Shown one piece after another: positions 56,933-64,000 of a stretch of 64,000 nucleotides of DNA. The notes beneath the pieces were generated by a model. It searched no databases, was not told the DNA's origin, and worked only from the letters and a program-made list of their open reading frames with translations. Each line of letters opens with the position of its first letter. The first letter of the stretch is position 1. A program made the position numbers and the translations under genes. The DNA comes from an uncultured virus (IMG/VR IMGVR_UViG_3300010938_000026) (taxonomy: Duplodnaviria > Heunggongvirae > Uroviricota > Caudoviricetes): IMG/VR virus record IMGVR_UViG_3300010938_000026; one strand, 5' to 3'.

Positions 56933-57505
56933 ATGAGATGGAAGATTTATGTCTACGGGTCACTCCTAGGCCGGCGTCACAAATCGGGGATTGATCTTAT
57001 GCGGACGTGGCAATCCGATCGCTGGGCTGTACGCATATACGCTGAGTATCCCTCCTGTTTATCAGTTGACGTTGGTAGCCGCATGCTGAATATTTTGGCC
57101 ACAGGATGCCACTACGAATTGCATACGGGGGCACATTATGTTGCACTGTATGTAGTCCCGCCGGCGACTTTTCAGCATTGTGCCCGGAGGCTGGCGAAAA
57201 GCGCGACGTCTGCGAATTTATTCAGTACGCAGCCGTCTGTTGAGGCGACGGTTCATATGTGCTCAGATCGCCGGCGAAATAACATGATTAAAATGCAGCT
57301 CATTCATGGCAGTTGCTTCAATCAAGAGTTGATCTTCTTTCGTGAACACTTGCGGTTTACCGCACGTTATACGTCGAAATATCAAAAGGTAATGCAAAAC
57401 ATTTATCTGCGACCCTCATGTCGCAATTTATGTCGGCTTCCAAATCAAAAGGAGCAGCGTAATGTCGAAAGCATTGACGAGCATCGTGAGGCGAGTAGGG
57501 CCTAA
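56933..57505 (+). CDS. Tandem-array protein 22 (weak motif; resembles protein 21 at its ends)
   Basis: MRWKIYV vs MWQICV; QNIYLRPSCRNLC vs RYINLYPPYRRMC. Confidence 0.55.
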   Translation: MRWKIYVYGSLLGRRHKSGIDLMRTWQSDRWAVRIYAEYPSCLSVDVGSRMLNILATGCHYELHTGAHYVALYVVPPATFQHCARRLAKSATSANLFSTQPSVEATVHMCSDRRRNNMIKMQLIHGSCFNQELIFFREHLRFTARYTSKYQKVMQNIYLRPSCRNLCRLPNQKEQRNVESIDEHREASRA

Positions 57506-58103
57506 ATACGTGAAAAGGGTCCGTACAGCCATCCAGCAAATTGCCATCCGCGATTTGAGCGTCGACGACCTTGAGACAAAGGTAGACGAGGATGCACAGG
57601 CGCTCACTCCGGATGATGTAACTCTGGATGACGTTCGGAAAGTGGCGGGCTTAGCCATCGTGACGCTTGGCTGGCTGTATGTCAGCTTATTGGGAGATCA
57701 TCCATTTGACTCTCAGAGCTTAGTGGTGAACGGGTTCATGGACGAATTCTACAAACTGCTGGACGAAGATATTCTGGAGGGCAAAAGTGGTCAAATGTGG
57801 CAGCATGTCAGCGCCCGTAACGCGGAAGCAGCCGCCGCATATATGAGCAAACTGGCAGTACAGTTTATTGTCGAATGCTCTGGTATGCTCGTCGATTTCG
57901 ACGCTGACGGTAAAACGTCTATCTCATTGCTGGAAGGCGGGTTCCACCGTCTTCAGCGGGCCTTTGTGATGCTTGCTGCCACCGAAATGTTGCCGGCGCG
58001 CGGCCAGGCATTCGAGGCCGCTCTGCGGAAGCTCGATGAATTGGTCAATCGGTATCGCCGTGGTCGGATCTATATCGAGATGTTAACACCTAGCTGCAAT
58101 TGA
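57462..58103 (+). CDS. Hypothetical helical protein
   Basis: AAAAGGAG SD; 213 aa. Confidence 0.7.
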   Translation: MSKALTSIVRRVGPKYVKRVRTAIQQIAIRDLSVDDLETKVDEDAQALTPDDVTLDDVRKVAGLAIVTLGWLYVSLLGDHPFDSQSLVVNGFMDEFYKLLDEDILEGKSGQMWQHVSARNAEAAAAYMSKLAVQFIVECSGMLVDFDADGKTSISLLEGGFHRLQRAFVMLAATEMLPARGQAFEAALRKLDELVNRYRRGRIYIEMLTPSCN

Positions 58104-58113
58104 GGAGGCACCT

Positions 58114-58674
58114 ATGAAGTACTGTGATTTCTGCTCCTTGTATGACTTAGATGTTGACTCTGAGATCGATCCGAATGCGGAGGTTACAGTTTCCGACCGG
58201 ATTACCGGTGTAACTCATCTCAACGATAAGCTTGAGGGGTTCTCACCTGAAGAGATCTACGATGCTGTGTACGAGGACTACGCGGCTACACAACTGCAAT
58301 TAGAAACATTATGGATCCGTGTGCAGACATTCAAACGCGCCTCTGTCTATGATATGCATGGCAATCTGCGTACGTATAATCTTGACTACGATGAGCGTAC
58401 GGTTGCGGTTCCGCCTGTTGAGCCACCCTGCACCGGTGGCGAGCACGACTGGGAATGGTTCGGTCAAGTGGTCGACTTGACGCCGGCTGCCCGAAACTAT
58501 GTGGTCCGTGGGCCGGTGTATTCTGAACGGTGTCGGAACTGCGGGATGACTCACGTAATTCAAACGGACGTGGACGAGCCATTCTCGTTCCTTCCAGGGT
58601 ATACCCGCGAAGAGTATGGCCCTGTCCAATCCCATAAAGGGGAGACCGACGATGGATCTGGCACGACAGATTGA
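58114..58674 (+). CDS. Hypothetical acidic protein with possible Zn ligands
   Basis: GAGGAGG SD; C..GEHDW...CRNCG. Confidence 0.7.
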   Translation: MKYCDFCSLYDLDVDSEIDPNAEVTVSDRITGVTHLNDKLEGFSPEEIYDAVYEDYAATQLQLETLWIRVQTFKRASVYDMHGNLRTYNLDYDERTVAVPPVEPPCTGGEHDWEWFGQVVDLTPAARNYVVRGPVYSERCRNCGMTHVIQTDVDEPFSFLPGYTREEYGPVQSHKGETDDGSGTTD

Positions 58675-59179
58675 GCGCATCATTCCCCATCGGGTCAGGC
58701 AACGATCCAATCTAAGCTGCGAGTTATATGGATGGCTTGTATTTCAAGGTACTCACATAAATCTTACTAACCGGTACTTTGGGGTGTCCTCGCGTCCCAT
58801 TTCTGAATTTCAAGTTACCAATGTGGAGTTTGAGTTTGAGCTAGTCCGGAACGTTGTCCGCCTGCATCAAAATAGGTCATACAGATCACTCGATCTGGCG
58901 CGGCACTACCTCTCCCTGCAATGTCGGGAGGCTGCGCGTTTTGCCAATGCACGTATGATTTACATCGTGCAAGGTCAGTGCGAAGTAACCGCCCCAAACA
59001 TTTTGATCGCCTTCCGACCTTCGTTCTTTCGAATACGTATCTCTCGCAGGAATTTACCCTCGCTGGAACTTCGATTCCGCACACGCTCATGCTTGCGGAC
59101 GTTACCCGAAGACGCGCGGCAGTTTTTACGATCCACCAAAGTTAACAAACTTGGACGCCGCGGCATAATTTCAGGGTGA
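58652..59179 (+). CDS. Hypothetical protein, possible array-family outlier
   Basis: GGGGAG SD; GWLVFQGTHINL. Confidence 0.55.
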   Translation: MDLARQIERIIPHRVRQRSNLSCELYGWLVFQGTHINLTNRYFGVSSRPISEFQVTNVEFEFELVRNVVRLHQNRSYRSLDLARHYLSLQCREAARFANARMIYIVQGQCEVTAPNILIAFRPSFFRIRISRRNLPSLELRFRTRSCLRTLPEDARQFLRSTKVNKLGRRGIISG

Positions 59180-59190
59180 GGAGGCTAACA

Positions 59191-59712
59191 ATGTCAATTC
59201 CAGCAGCATGGCAGCGGCTCAATGAGAGGAGCCACCAGCGTATCATCCTGAAAAAATGTAGACGTTATCACGTTTACGAGTCCCATGTCGGTGATACGGT
59301 TGCTATCTGGCATCACCAAGATTTATCAGTGCGATGGTATTCGCCAACAAAATGCCGGTTACTCTATTGGCGTATCGCACGCCGTGTCAATGGACGTTCC
59401 GCTTATTCAGGCGACGGGCGTGGCGAGTTACGGTGTTCTCCTAGATATACGAATCACTGGCCCCATAAACTTATTATCTTACGGCCACGTGAAATGGGCG
59501 GCGTGTTGTACATACGGGGCGAGGCTGGCGAGGTTGTTGAAGTAAGGGCAATCCTGTCGCCACCATCTCCCTTCTTAAGCCTCTCGTTACATCGGTATCG
59601 GCGTCAGCGCCGGTCGCGCTCCGACATCTGCGAAGCCGCACTATATTTCCATCCGCGACTATTTCAACCCCAGTTTCACGAGGTAGGAGGAAGTGTATGC
59701 GTCATCCAGTGA
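59191..59712 (+). CDS. Hypothetical protein
   Basis: GAGGAGG SD; about 173 aa; Arg-rich. Confidence 0.55.
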   Translation: MSIPAAWQRLNERSHQRIILKKCRRYHVYESHVGDTVAIWHHQDLSVRWYSPTKCRLLYWRIARRVNGRSAYSGDGRGELRCSPRYTNHWPHKLIILRPREMGGVLYIRGEAGEVVEVRAILSPPSPFLSLSLHRYRRQRRSRSDICEAALYFHPRLFQPQFHEVGGSVCVIQ

Positions 59713-60329
59713 CTGATGAACCGCTGGCTGATAATGCTATCATCCGGACGGACAGGCAAGGCCGTCTTCACTACGCGCGCGGCCCTGAGATTGTCAGTGG
59801 CACGCGTAAGGAATGGTGGGTTCACGGGGTACGGCACCGTGATGGTAATGAACCCGCCATCGAAGATGAGAACGGGCTATATGCCTTCTATGTGAACGGC
59901 CAGCTGCACAGCACTGTCGGTCCGGCGTATGTACGCTACAACGACAACGAGGCGTATGTGGCGCATTACGTCAACGGGAAATTGCAATCTCTCGTTGAGG
60001 AAGGCGTAGTACTGCCCTGTGTTATCGTAGTGCGCCCGCGGGGTTATGTAACCCTGAAATACTATGACGACGGGCTACTGCATCGTGACATCGGCCCGGC
60101 TTTCATGCGGGTTTATAAGGGCCGGCTGATGATGCAAGCCTACGCATATCGCGGAAAACTCCACCGATTGGGTGGTCCGGCTATCATTAACTTGTTCCTT
60201 CGGAAATGCCGGTATTTTATCCAGGGCCGCCCCGTGACGGAGGAGGAGGCAATGGCTGCTTATGTTCCGCCTCCAGCGCTCCAGCAGCAGTCGCTGCAGA
60301 TCACGCGGGCCGTAGTAGCAGGGGACTGA
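59697..60329 (+). CDS. LHRxxGPA-repeat (MORN-like) phage protein
   Basis: RHRDGNEPA, LHSTVGPA, LHRDIGPA, LHRLGGPA. Confidence 0.75.
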   Translation: MRHPVTDEPLADNAIIRTDRQGRLHYARGPEIVSGTRKEWWVHGVRHRDGNEPAIEDENGLYAFYVNGQLHSTVGPAYVRYNDNEAYVAHYVNGKLQSLVEEGVVLPCVIVVRPRGYVTLKYYDDGLLHRDIGPAFMRVYKGRLMMQAYAYRGKLHRLGGPAIINLFLRKCRYFIQGRPVTEEEAMAAYVPPPALQQQSLQITRAVVAGD

Positions 60330-60331
60330 GT

Positions 60332-60973
60332 ATGCCGCCATTGAAACGGATTCACAACATCACGGGCGAAAAGTTAGACGACGATGCCATTGAATTCATC
60401 AAGCAGCCGGAAGGCTGGCTCCATAACGAGGGAGGGCGTCCGTGCATCATGTCTACAGCACTCATCGAATGCCGGGTCATGGGTGTTCTGCACCATGACA
60501 ACGGCCCGGCGCGAGTCACGGACGAGTTGACCGCGGAGTGGTACAACAATGGCCGCCTGCATTCACAAGGGTGGTATTTCGCGAAGGCGAAAGTCACTCC
60601 CCAGGAGCAGCTTTTCGAGTGGTATACGGACGGACTGCTCAATTCACATGAGGACTATCCGGCACGTATACACTTGAAGGGCACCGTGGTCCTGTGCGAG
60701 TGGTACCGAAATGGATTGCAGCATCGAGACAGGTATCCCGCATACCTGTTATACGATGGGCAAGTCCTTAAGGAATTTCGCTTCTATTCCGGCGGTCAGC
60801 TTCATCATGACGAGCATGTCGCTGTCGGCGTACGGCAGGACGATGGCAGCTATCGCGGGGAATACTGGCTGCACGGCCAGCGGTACACTGCCGAAGAATT
60901 TCGCAAGGCGCGATCTATCGTGCGCCGTCGGGTAACCGTTGAAGAGAATAAGGAGGTAAACGTTGTTGACTGA
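60332..60973 (+). CDS. LHRxxGPA-repeat (MORN-like) phage protein, paralog
   Basis: LHHDNGPA, EWYNNGRLH, EWYRNGLQHRDRYPA, EYWLHG. Confidence 0.75.
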   Translation: MPPLKRIHNITGEKLDDDAIEFIKQPEGWLHNEGGRPCIMSTALIECRVMGVLHHDNGPARVTDELTAEWYNNGRLHSQGWYFAKAKVTPQEQLFEWYTDGLLNSHEDYPARIHLKGTVVLCEWYRNGLQHRDRYPAYLLYDGQVLKEFRFYSGGQLHHDEHVAVGVRQDDGSYRGEYWLHGQRYTAEEFRKARSIVRRRVTVEENKEVNVVD

Positions 60974-61643
60974 AAAGCAAGCTGAACATCTGGCTCGTAC
61001 TATCGTTGAGGTGCGAGGCCGTTACGAATCTGCCGTGCGCGGATCACTTCGTTATTTGGCCTTCCATTTGGCGCAAGCGCCCAAGCTCAGTTTGCGGGAA
61101 AAGTGGGATGCTTCATTGATCCTGCACTGGAGTGCCGAATTACTGCCAAGTGTGCGGCGCTTGGACGCGCGCGACATCACGAATTTTGTACCCGATCTCG
61201 ACCATGGGCAGGTTCGTGAAGCTCTGGTCAGTGCTACCGAGCTCGTCGACGGCTGGATCCGGAGTGGGCAGCTGGCCGAGGTGTTATCTGCTGATGAGCT
61301 GGCCAACTCCATGCCGGAATTCTTGCAGCGCTTGCAACAGGCGCTTGAATATTCGGAACATCCAGCATCGGTGCTTTTGGCGTTCTTGTTCGCCGACGGC
61401 ATGCAGGTTTTGTCACGAGCAGCCCCGACCGAACGATTCGACGAGTTTGCTCGGAAGGTCGCCAACTGCGCCCGGGGCCACATGCACCGGTTTGTGCAGT
61501 GCAAGGATGATCTGCTCCCGCTTTGTGTTGGCACGTTGCCACCGCAGGCTAATCTGACCGACCCACGTATGGCGCTGGATTTCATCTACGAATTTGTAGA
61601 AGCAACCCAGGAGGCTACCACGCATGAACCCATCGCAAATTGA
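60963..61643 (+). CDS. Hypothetical helical protein
   Basis: TAAGGAGGT SD with TTG start; 226 aa. Confidence 0.65.
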   Translation: MLTEKQAEHLARTIVEVRGRYESAVRGSLRYLAFHLAQAPKLSLREKWDASLILHWSAELLPSVRRLDARDITNFVPDLDHGQVREALVSATELVDGWIRSGQLAEVLSADELANSMPEFLQRLQQALEYSEHPASVLLAFLFADGMQVLSRAAPTERFDEFARKVANCARGHMHRFVQCKDDLLPLCVGTLPPQANLTDPRMALDFIYEFVEATQEATTHEPIAN

Positions 61644-61935
61644 GCTAGCTATCACGTACCTGGCCCGACGTGACGAGCTGAAGCAGCTCGAAAAGGAGTT
61701 AAAGCAGTTACATGAACGGGTGGTCGCTGAGATTTTTCACGACCAGCCCGGTCGTTTTGTCATTCCGGACATGAACAAAGCCTTGGTGTACGAAGAGGTG
61801 GAGTCCACCCGATTCGATACAGCAAAACTCAAGGCTACCATGCCGTCCTTGTACGCACAGCTGTCTGTGGAGTACAAGTACCGGCGGTTATCTGTAGAGG
61901 AAGGAGGCACGAATGGGAGAAAGCATGAAGACTGA
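61624..61935 (+). CDS. Hypothetical protein resembling the C-terminal part of YqaJ-type proteins
   Basis: Coiled coil followed by STRFDTAKLKATMPSLY...YRRL. Confidence 0.55.
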   Translation: MNPSQIELAITYLARRDELKQLEKELKQLHERVVAEIFHDQPGRFVIPDMNKALVYEEVESTRFDTAKLKATMPSLYAQLSVEYKYRRLSVEEGGTNGRKHED

Positions 61936-62284
61936 GCTGGTTCTGCTCACCCGCGGACATCTAGTGCTCCTCGGCGATGACGGTAAGATTACCGTCCTCG
62001 AACGGGTAAGCCACAAGGTAGTGTATTACGGTGAGCCATCCGGGGATCATCCCCTTTCGGCTGCTGCCAGCCAGATTTACAAACTGGCTGAGGCTCAGCA
62101 GTTGCCTGAGACCCTGCCCATGTGGCACCCCTACCCACATGACGTGCCGACGGTAGAGAACTTCGCTCTGTACGAAGTCCCCGCTGGTACGTTGCCGTCC
62201 CGGGACATTTTCGTCTATTTCCGTGACGCCGTGCGTCGCGCCAAAGAGAAAGGCGCAAGGACACGCGCCAAGCGGAAGAAATAA
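61913..62284 (+). CDS. Hypothetical protein
   Basis: AAGGAGG SD; 123 aa. Confidence 0.65.
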   Translation: MGESMKTELVLLTRGHLVLLGDDGKITVLERVSHKVVYYGEPSGDHPLSAAASQIYKLAEAQQLPETLPMWHPYPHDVPTVENFALYEVPAGTLPSRDIFVYFRDAVRRAKEKGARTRAKRKK

Positions 62285-62305
62285 GATTTTTTTCCTGCGT
62301 CCGCG

Positions 62306-62340
62306 CCCGCACCGCCTTCGCGCGGTGCGGGTATTTTTTT
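62306..62340 (+). terminator. Intrinsic terminator related to the array hairpins
   Basis: CCCGCACCGC-cttcgc-GCGGTGCGGG-TATTTTTTT, preceded by TTCCTGCG. Confidence 0.85.
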
Positions 62341-62348
62341 AGATTTTC

Positions 62349-62357
62349 TGTTAGAAT
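62349..62357 (+). promoter_or_regulatory. Putative extended -10 promoter
   Basis: TGtTAGAAT just after the terminator; palindromic site 24 nt downstream. Confidence 0.45.
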
Positions 62358-62403
62358 GGAGGTGGTTGGGTATCAATAAATTTAATCGCGGGATTAAAAT
62401 GTC

Positions 62404-62982
62404 ATGAGCTGGTGGTGGTGTTGCTGCTCTAGTTCTTCTTCCTCGAGCAGTTCTAGCTCGTCAAGTAGCAGTTCCAGCTCTTCCTCATCCAGTAGTTCTT
62501 CTTCATCAAGCAGTTCTAGTTCGTCTTCCTCGAGCAGCTCCAGCTCTTCCTCGTCCAGTAGTTCTTCTTCATCCAGCAGTTCTAGTTCGTCTTCCTCTAG
62601 TAGCTCCAGCTCTTCCTCATCCAGCAGTTCTTCTAGCTCTAGTTCGTCTTCCTCGAGTAGCAGTGTAAGTTCATTGTCTTCGTCATCATTATCCTCCTTA
62701 AGCAGCGCAAGTTCACCCTCTGCGTCTATCTTATGTTGTTGTTCCGACCGGCCGGACTGCATATTTGTCTGGGATGACGAGTTGATGGTCTGGGTGCCTG
62801 ATGCCACCAATAACGCACAGTGTGAAGAATGTGGCACAAATACTTCCGACCCGAATGCACATTGTAACTGTCCACCGCCACCTACGCCCGGCACGTTTAA
62901 CGGTCAAGTATGGACCACCCCGTGTAGTGCACCGCCAAGTCATGATGATTGTTTTATAAGCTCTGATATAACCCCTGTCTAG
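62404..62982 (+). CDS. Poly-serine / Cys-rich protein
   Basis: MSWWWCCC, about 80 consecutive Ser encoded by mixed TCN/AGY codons, then a Cys/Pro-rich domain. Confidence 0.7.
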   Translation: MSWWWCCCSSSSSSSSSSSSSSSSSSSSSSSSSSSSSSSSSSSSSSSSSSSSSSSSSSSSSSSSSSSSSSSSSSSSSSSSSSSSSSSVSSLSSSSLSSLSSASSPSASILCCCSDRPDCIFVWDDELMVWVPDATNNAQCEECGTNTSDPNAHCNCPPPPTPGTFNGQVWTTPCSAPPSHDDCFISSDITPV

Positions 62983-62992
62983 GTAAGCACTA

Positions 62993-63999
62993 ATGGACTG
63001 CCCGTATTTCGTGAATGGTTGTTGTCAGCAGGCCAGTGAGATTGCAGATGGGCTGGAAATCCGCCCATCCGAGTCAGCCTGTCGCGTCTGCAAAACCGAA
63101 GACCCACCGATGAGTATTAACAAGGTGACGGTCTCTTTGGCCATCTCTGCCCTTGCCAAGCACGACCGCGGGAAGATGAATCATATTGTAGCGGCATATC
63201 ATCATTTATTATCTGCCAATCCATCGCTCCGGCAGAAGGCGACACGTTATACTCTGGCTGTCACCAAATGGATTAAAGCAGGCCGGCCCCGTCGCTCCCC
63301 GGATCACATTTTGTATTTAGCCCAGTATGTGTGCAAACCCTGTATGTACTACCGCAGTCAGAATTCTTCATGTGGTTTATGCGGCTGTCAGGTCAATAAT
63401 TCCACGTTGCCCTTGGCTAACAAATTAGCTATGGCTACTGAGGAATGTCCCATAAGGAGGTTTCGCGCTATGGCAGATTTTTCCCAATTCCACGCATATT
63501 TATTAACGCCGGTTCCCGGTTTGGAAGGATGGTTGTACGATGGTGCACGTCAGCACTGCGCGTCCGTCGCACCAGTCCGGGCCATGTTGCCGTCGCATTT
63601 GATTAACTATTCGCAGGTATCTTCAGAGGTGATTTGCAACTTTCGGAACATGCAACGGCTTTGTGAAGCTGCCATCGTGGACGGGCACGAGTATGTGCTG
63701 CTTGGCGATACTAGGTTGCTGAATACAGACGTTTCTTTTGACAGGCTTATTAAAATAGTTCAAGAGGCGCCAGCCGATTGGGATTGCCTGTTGCTGGCCT
63801 ATGACTTCGCTTCCGGCGAAATGCAGCTGCAATCACAGTTCACGTATATCTATCCAAGTTATGTACGTTGCCCGGCTCTATGGGTCTCTAACATCAGCGT
63901 AATCAAGCAATATTACCTATCTATGCCGCCGTATCGCTGGGATTTCGGTATCGGGCAGTTAAATCCACGGCCTCGTGTGTATGCAGTAACGCCGCCACT
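62993..63999 (+). CDS. Cys-rich Zn-binding domain fused to a degenerate GT25-like domain (runs off the window)
   Basis: Hand translation is stop-free: CKPC...CGLCGC...NKLAMATEECP, then ICNFRNMQRLCEAAIVDGHEYVLLGD...PADWDCLLL. Confidence 0.6.
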   Translation, partial: MDCPYFVNGCCQQASEIADGLEIRPSESACRVCKTEDPPMSINKVTVSLAISALAKHDRGKMNHIVAAYHHLLSANPSLRQKATRYTLAVTKWIKAGRPRRSPDHILYLAQYVCKPCMYYRSQNSSCGLCGCQVNNSTLPLANKLAMATEECPIRRFRAMADFSQFHAYLLTPVPGLEGWLYDGARQHCASVAPVRAMLPSHLINYSQVSSEVICNFRNMQRLCEAAIVDGHEYVLLGDTRLLNTDVSFDRLIKIVQEAPADWDCLLLAYDFASGEMQLQSQFTYIYPSYVRCPALWVSNISVIKQYYLSMPPYRWDFGIGQLNPRPRVYAVTPP

Positions 64000-64000
64000 C

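Noticed and set aside
45447..57505. Integron cassette array or diversity-generating retroelement
   Set aside because: No integrase, attC-like intergenic repeats, reverse transcriptase or TR/VR pair seen; many ORFs overlap directly.
62394..62894. Minus-strand poly-Glu/Leu ORF
   Set aside because: Antisense shadow of the poly-Ser tract; neighbours, promoter and terminator are all on the + strand.
1..64000. Alternative genetic code (stop-codon reassignment)
   Set aside because: Conserved genes are full length in the standard code, and TAA, TAG and TGA all end genes at sensible boundaries.
1..64000. tRNA or rRNA genes
   Set aside because: No cloverleaf with D/T-loop consensus or rRNA-like stretch recognised in the few intergenic gaps; a tRNAscan-SE run would be needed to be sure.

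Overview
A 64-kb segment of a large tailed dsDNA phage, probably myovirus-like, from a scaffold with four 10-N gaps. Almost all genes are on the + strand. Layout: (1) 1-9 kb, tail/baseplate genes (spike-like, tail-assembly chaperone with a -1 frameshift signal, hub, baseplate J-like) with a sigma70-family factor embedded; (2) 10.7-15.9 kb, the only two minus-strand genes (a degenerate primase-like protein and terminase large subunit); (3) 16.6-30.5 kb, a tightly overlapping replication/recombination operon (SbcD/SbcC, an IS110-like protein, SF2 helicase, DnaB, DnaG, UDG-fused PolA, UvsX/RecA); (4) 30.5-44 kb, hypotheticals, an AAA/DUF1257-like module, a resolvase-like nuclease, DUF932, a four-unit ~58-nt structured hairpin array and GP88; (5) a lone compact TnpB followed by a ~560-bp non-coding region with direct repeats; (6) 45.4-57.5 kb, a tandem array of ~22 similarly sized, beta-rich, highly diverged ORFs sharing an N-terminal [DN]T motif; (7) LHRxxGPA-repeat proteins, a poly-Ser/Cys protein and a Cys-rich/GT25-like ORF running off the end. 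A palindrome TTAATC-N4-GATTAAAA recurs 10 times, plus one partial copy. All family calls come from motif recognition by eye; no database searches were run.
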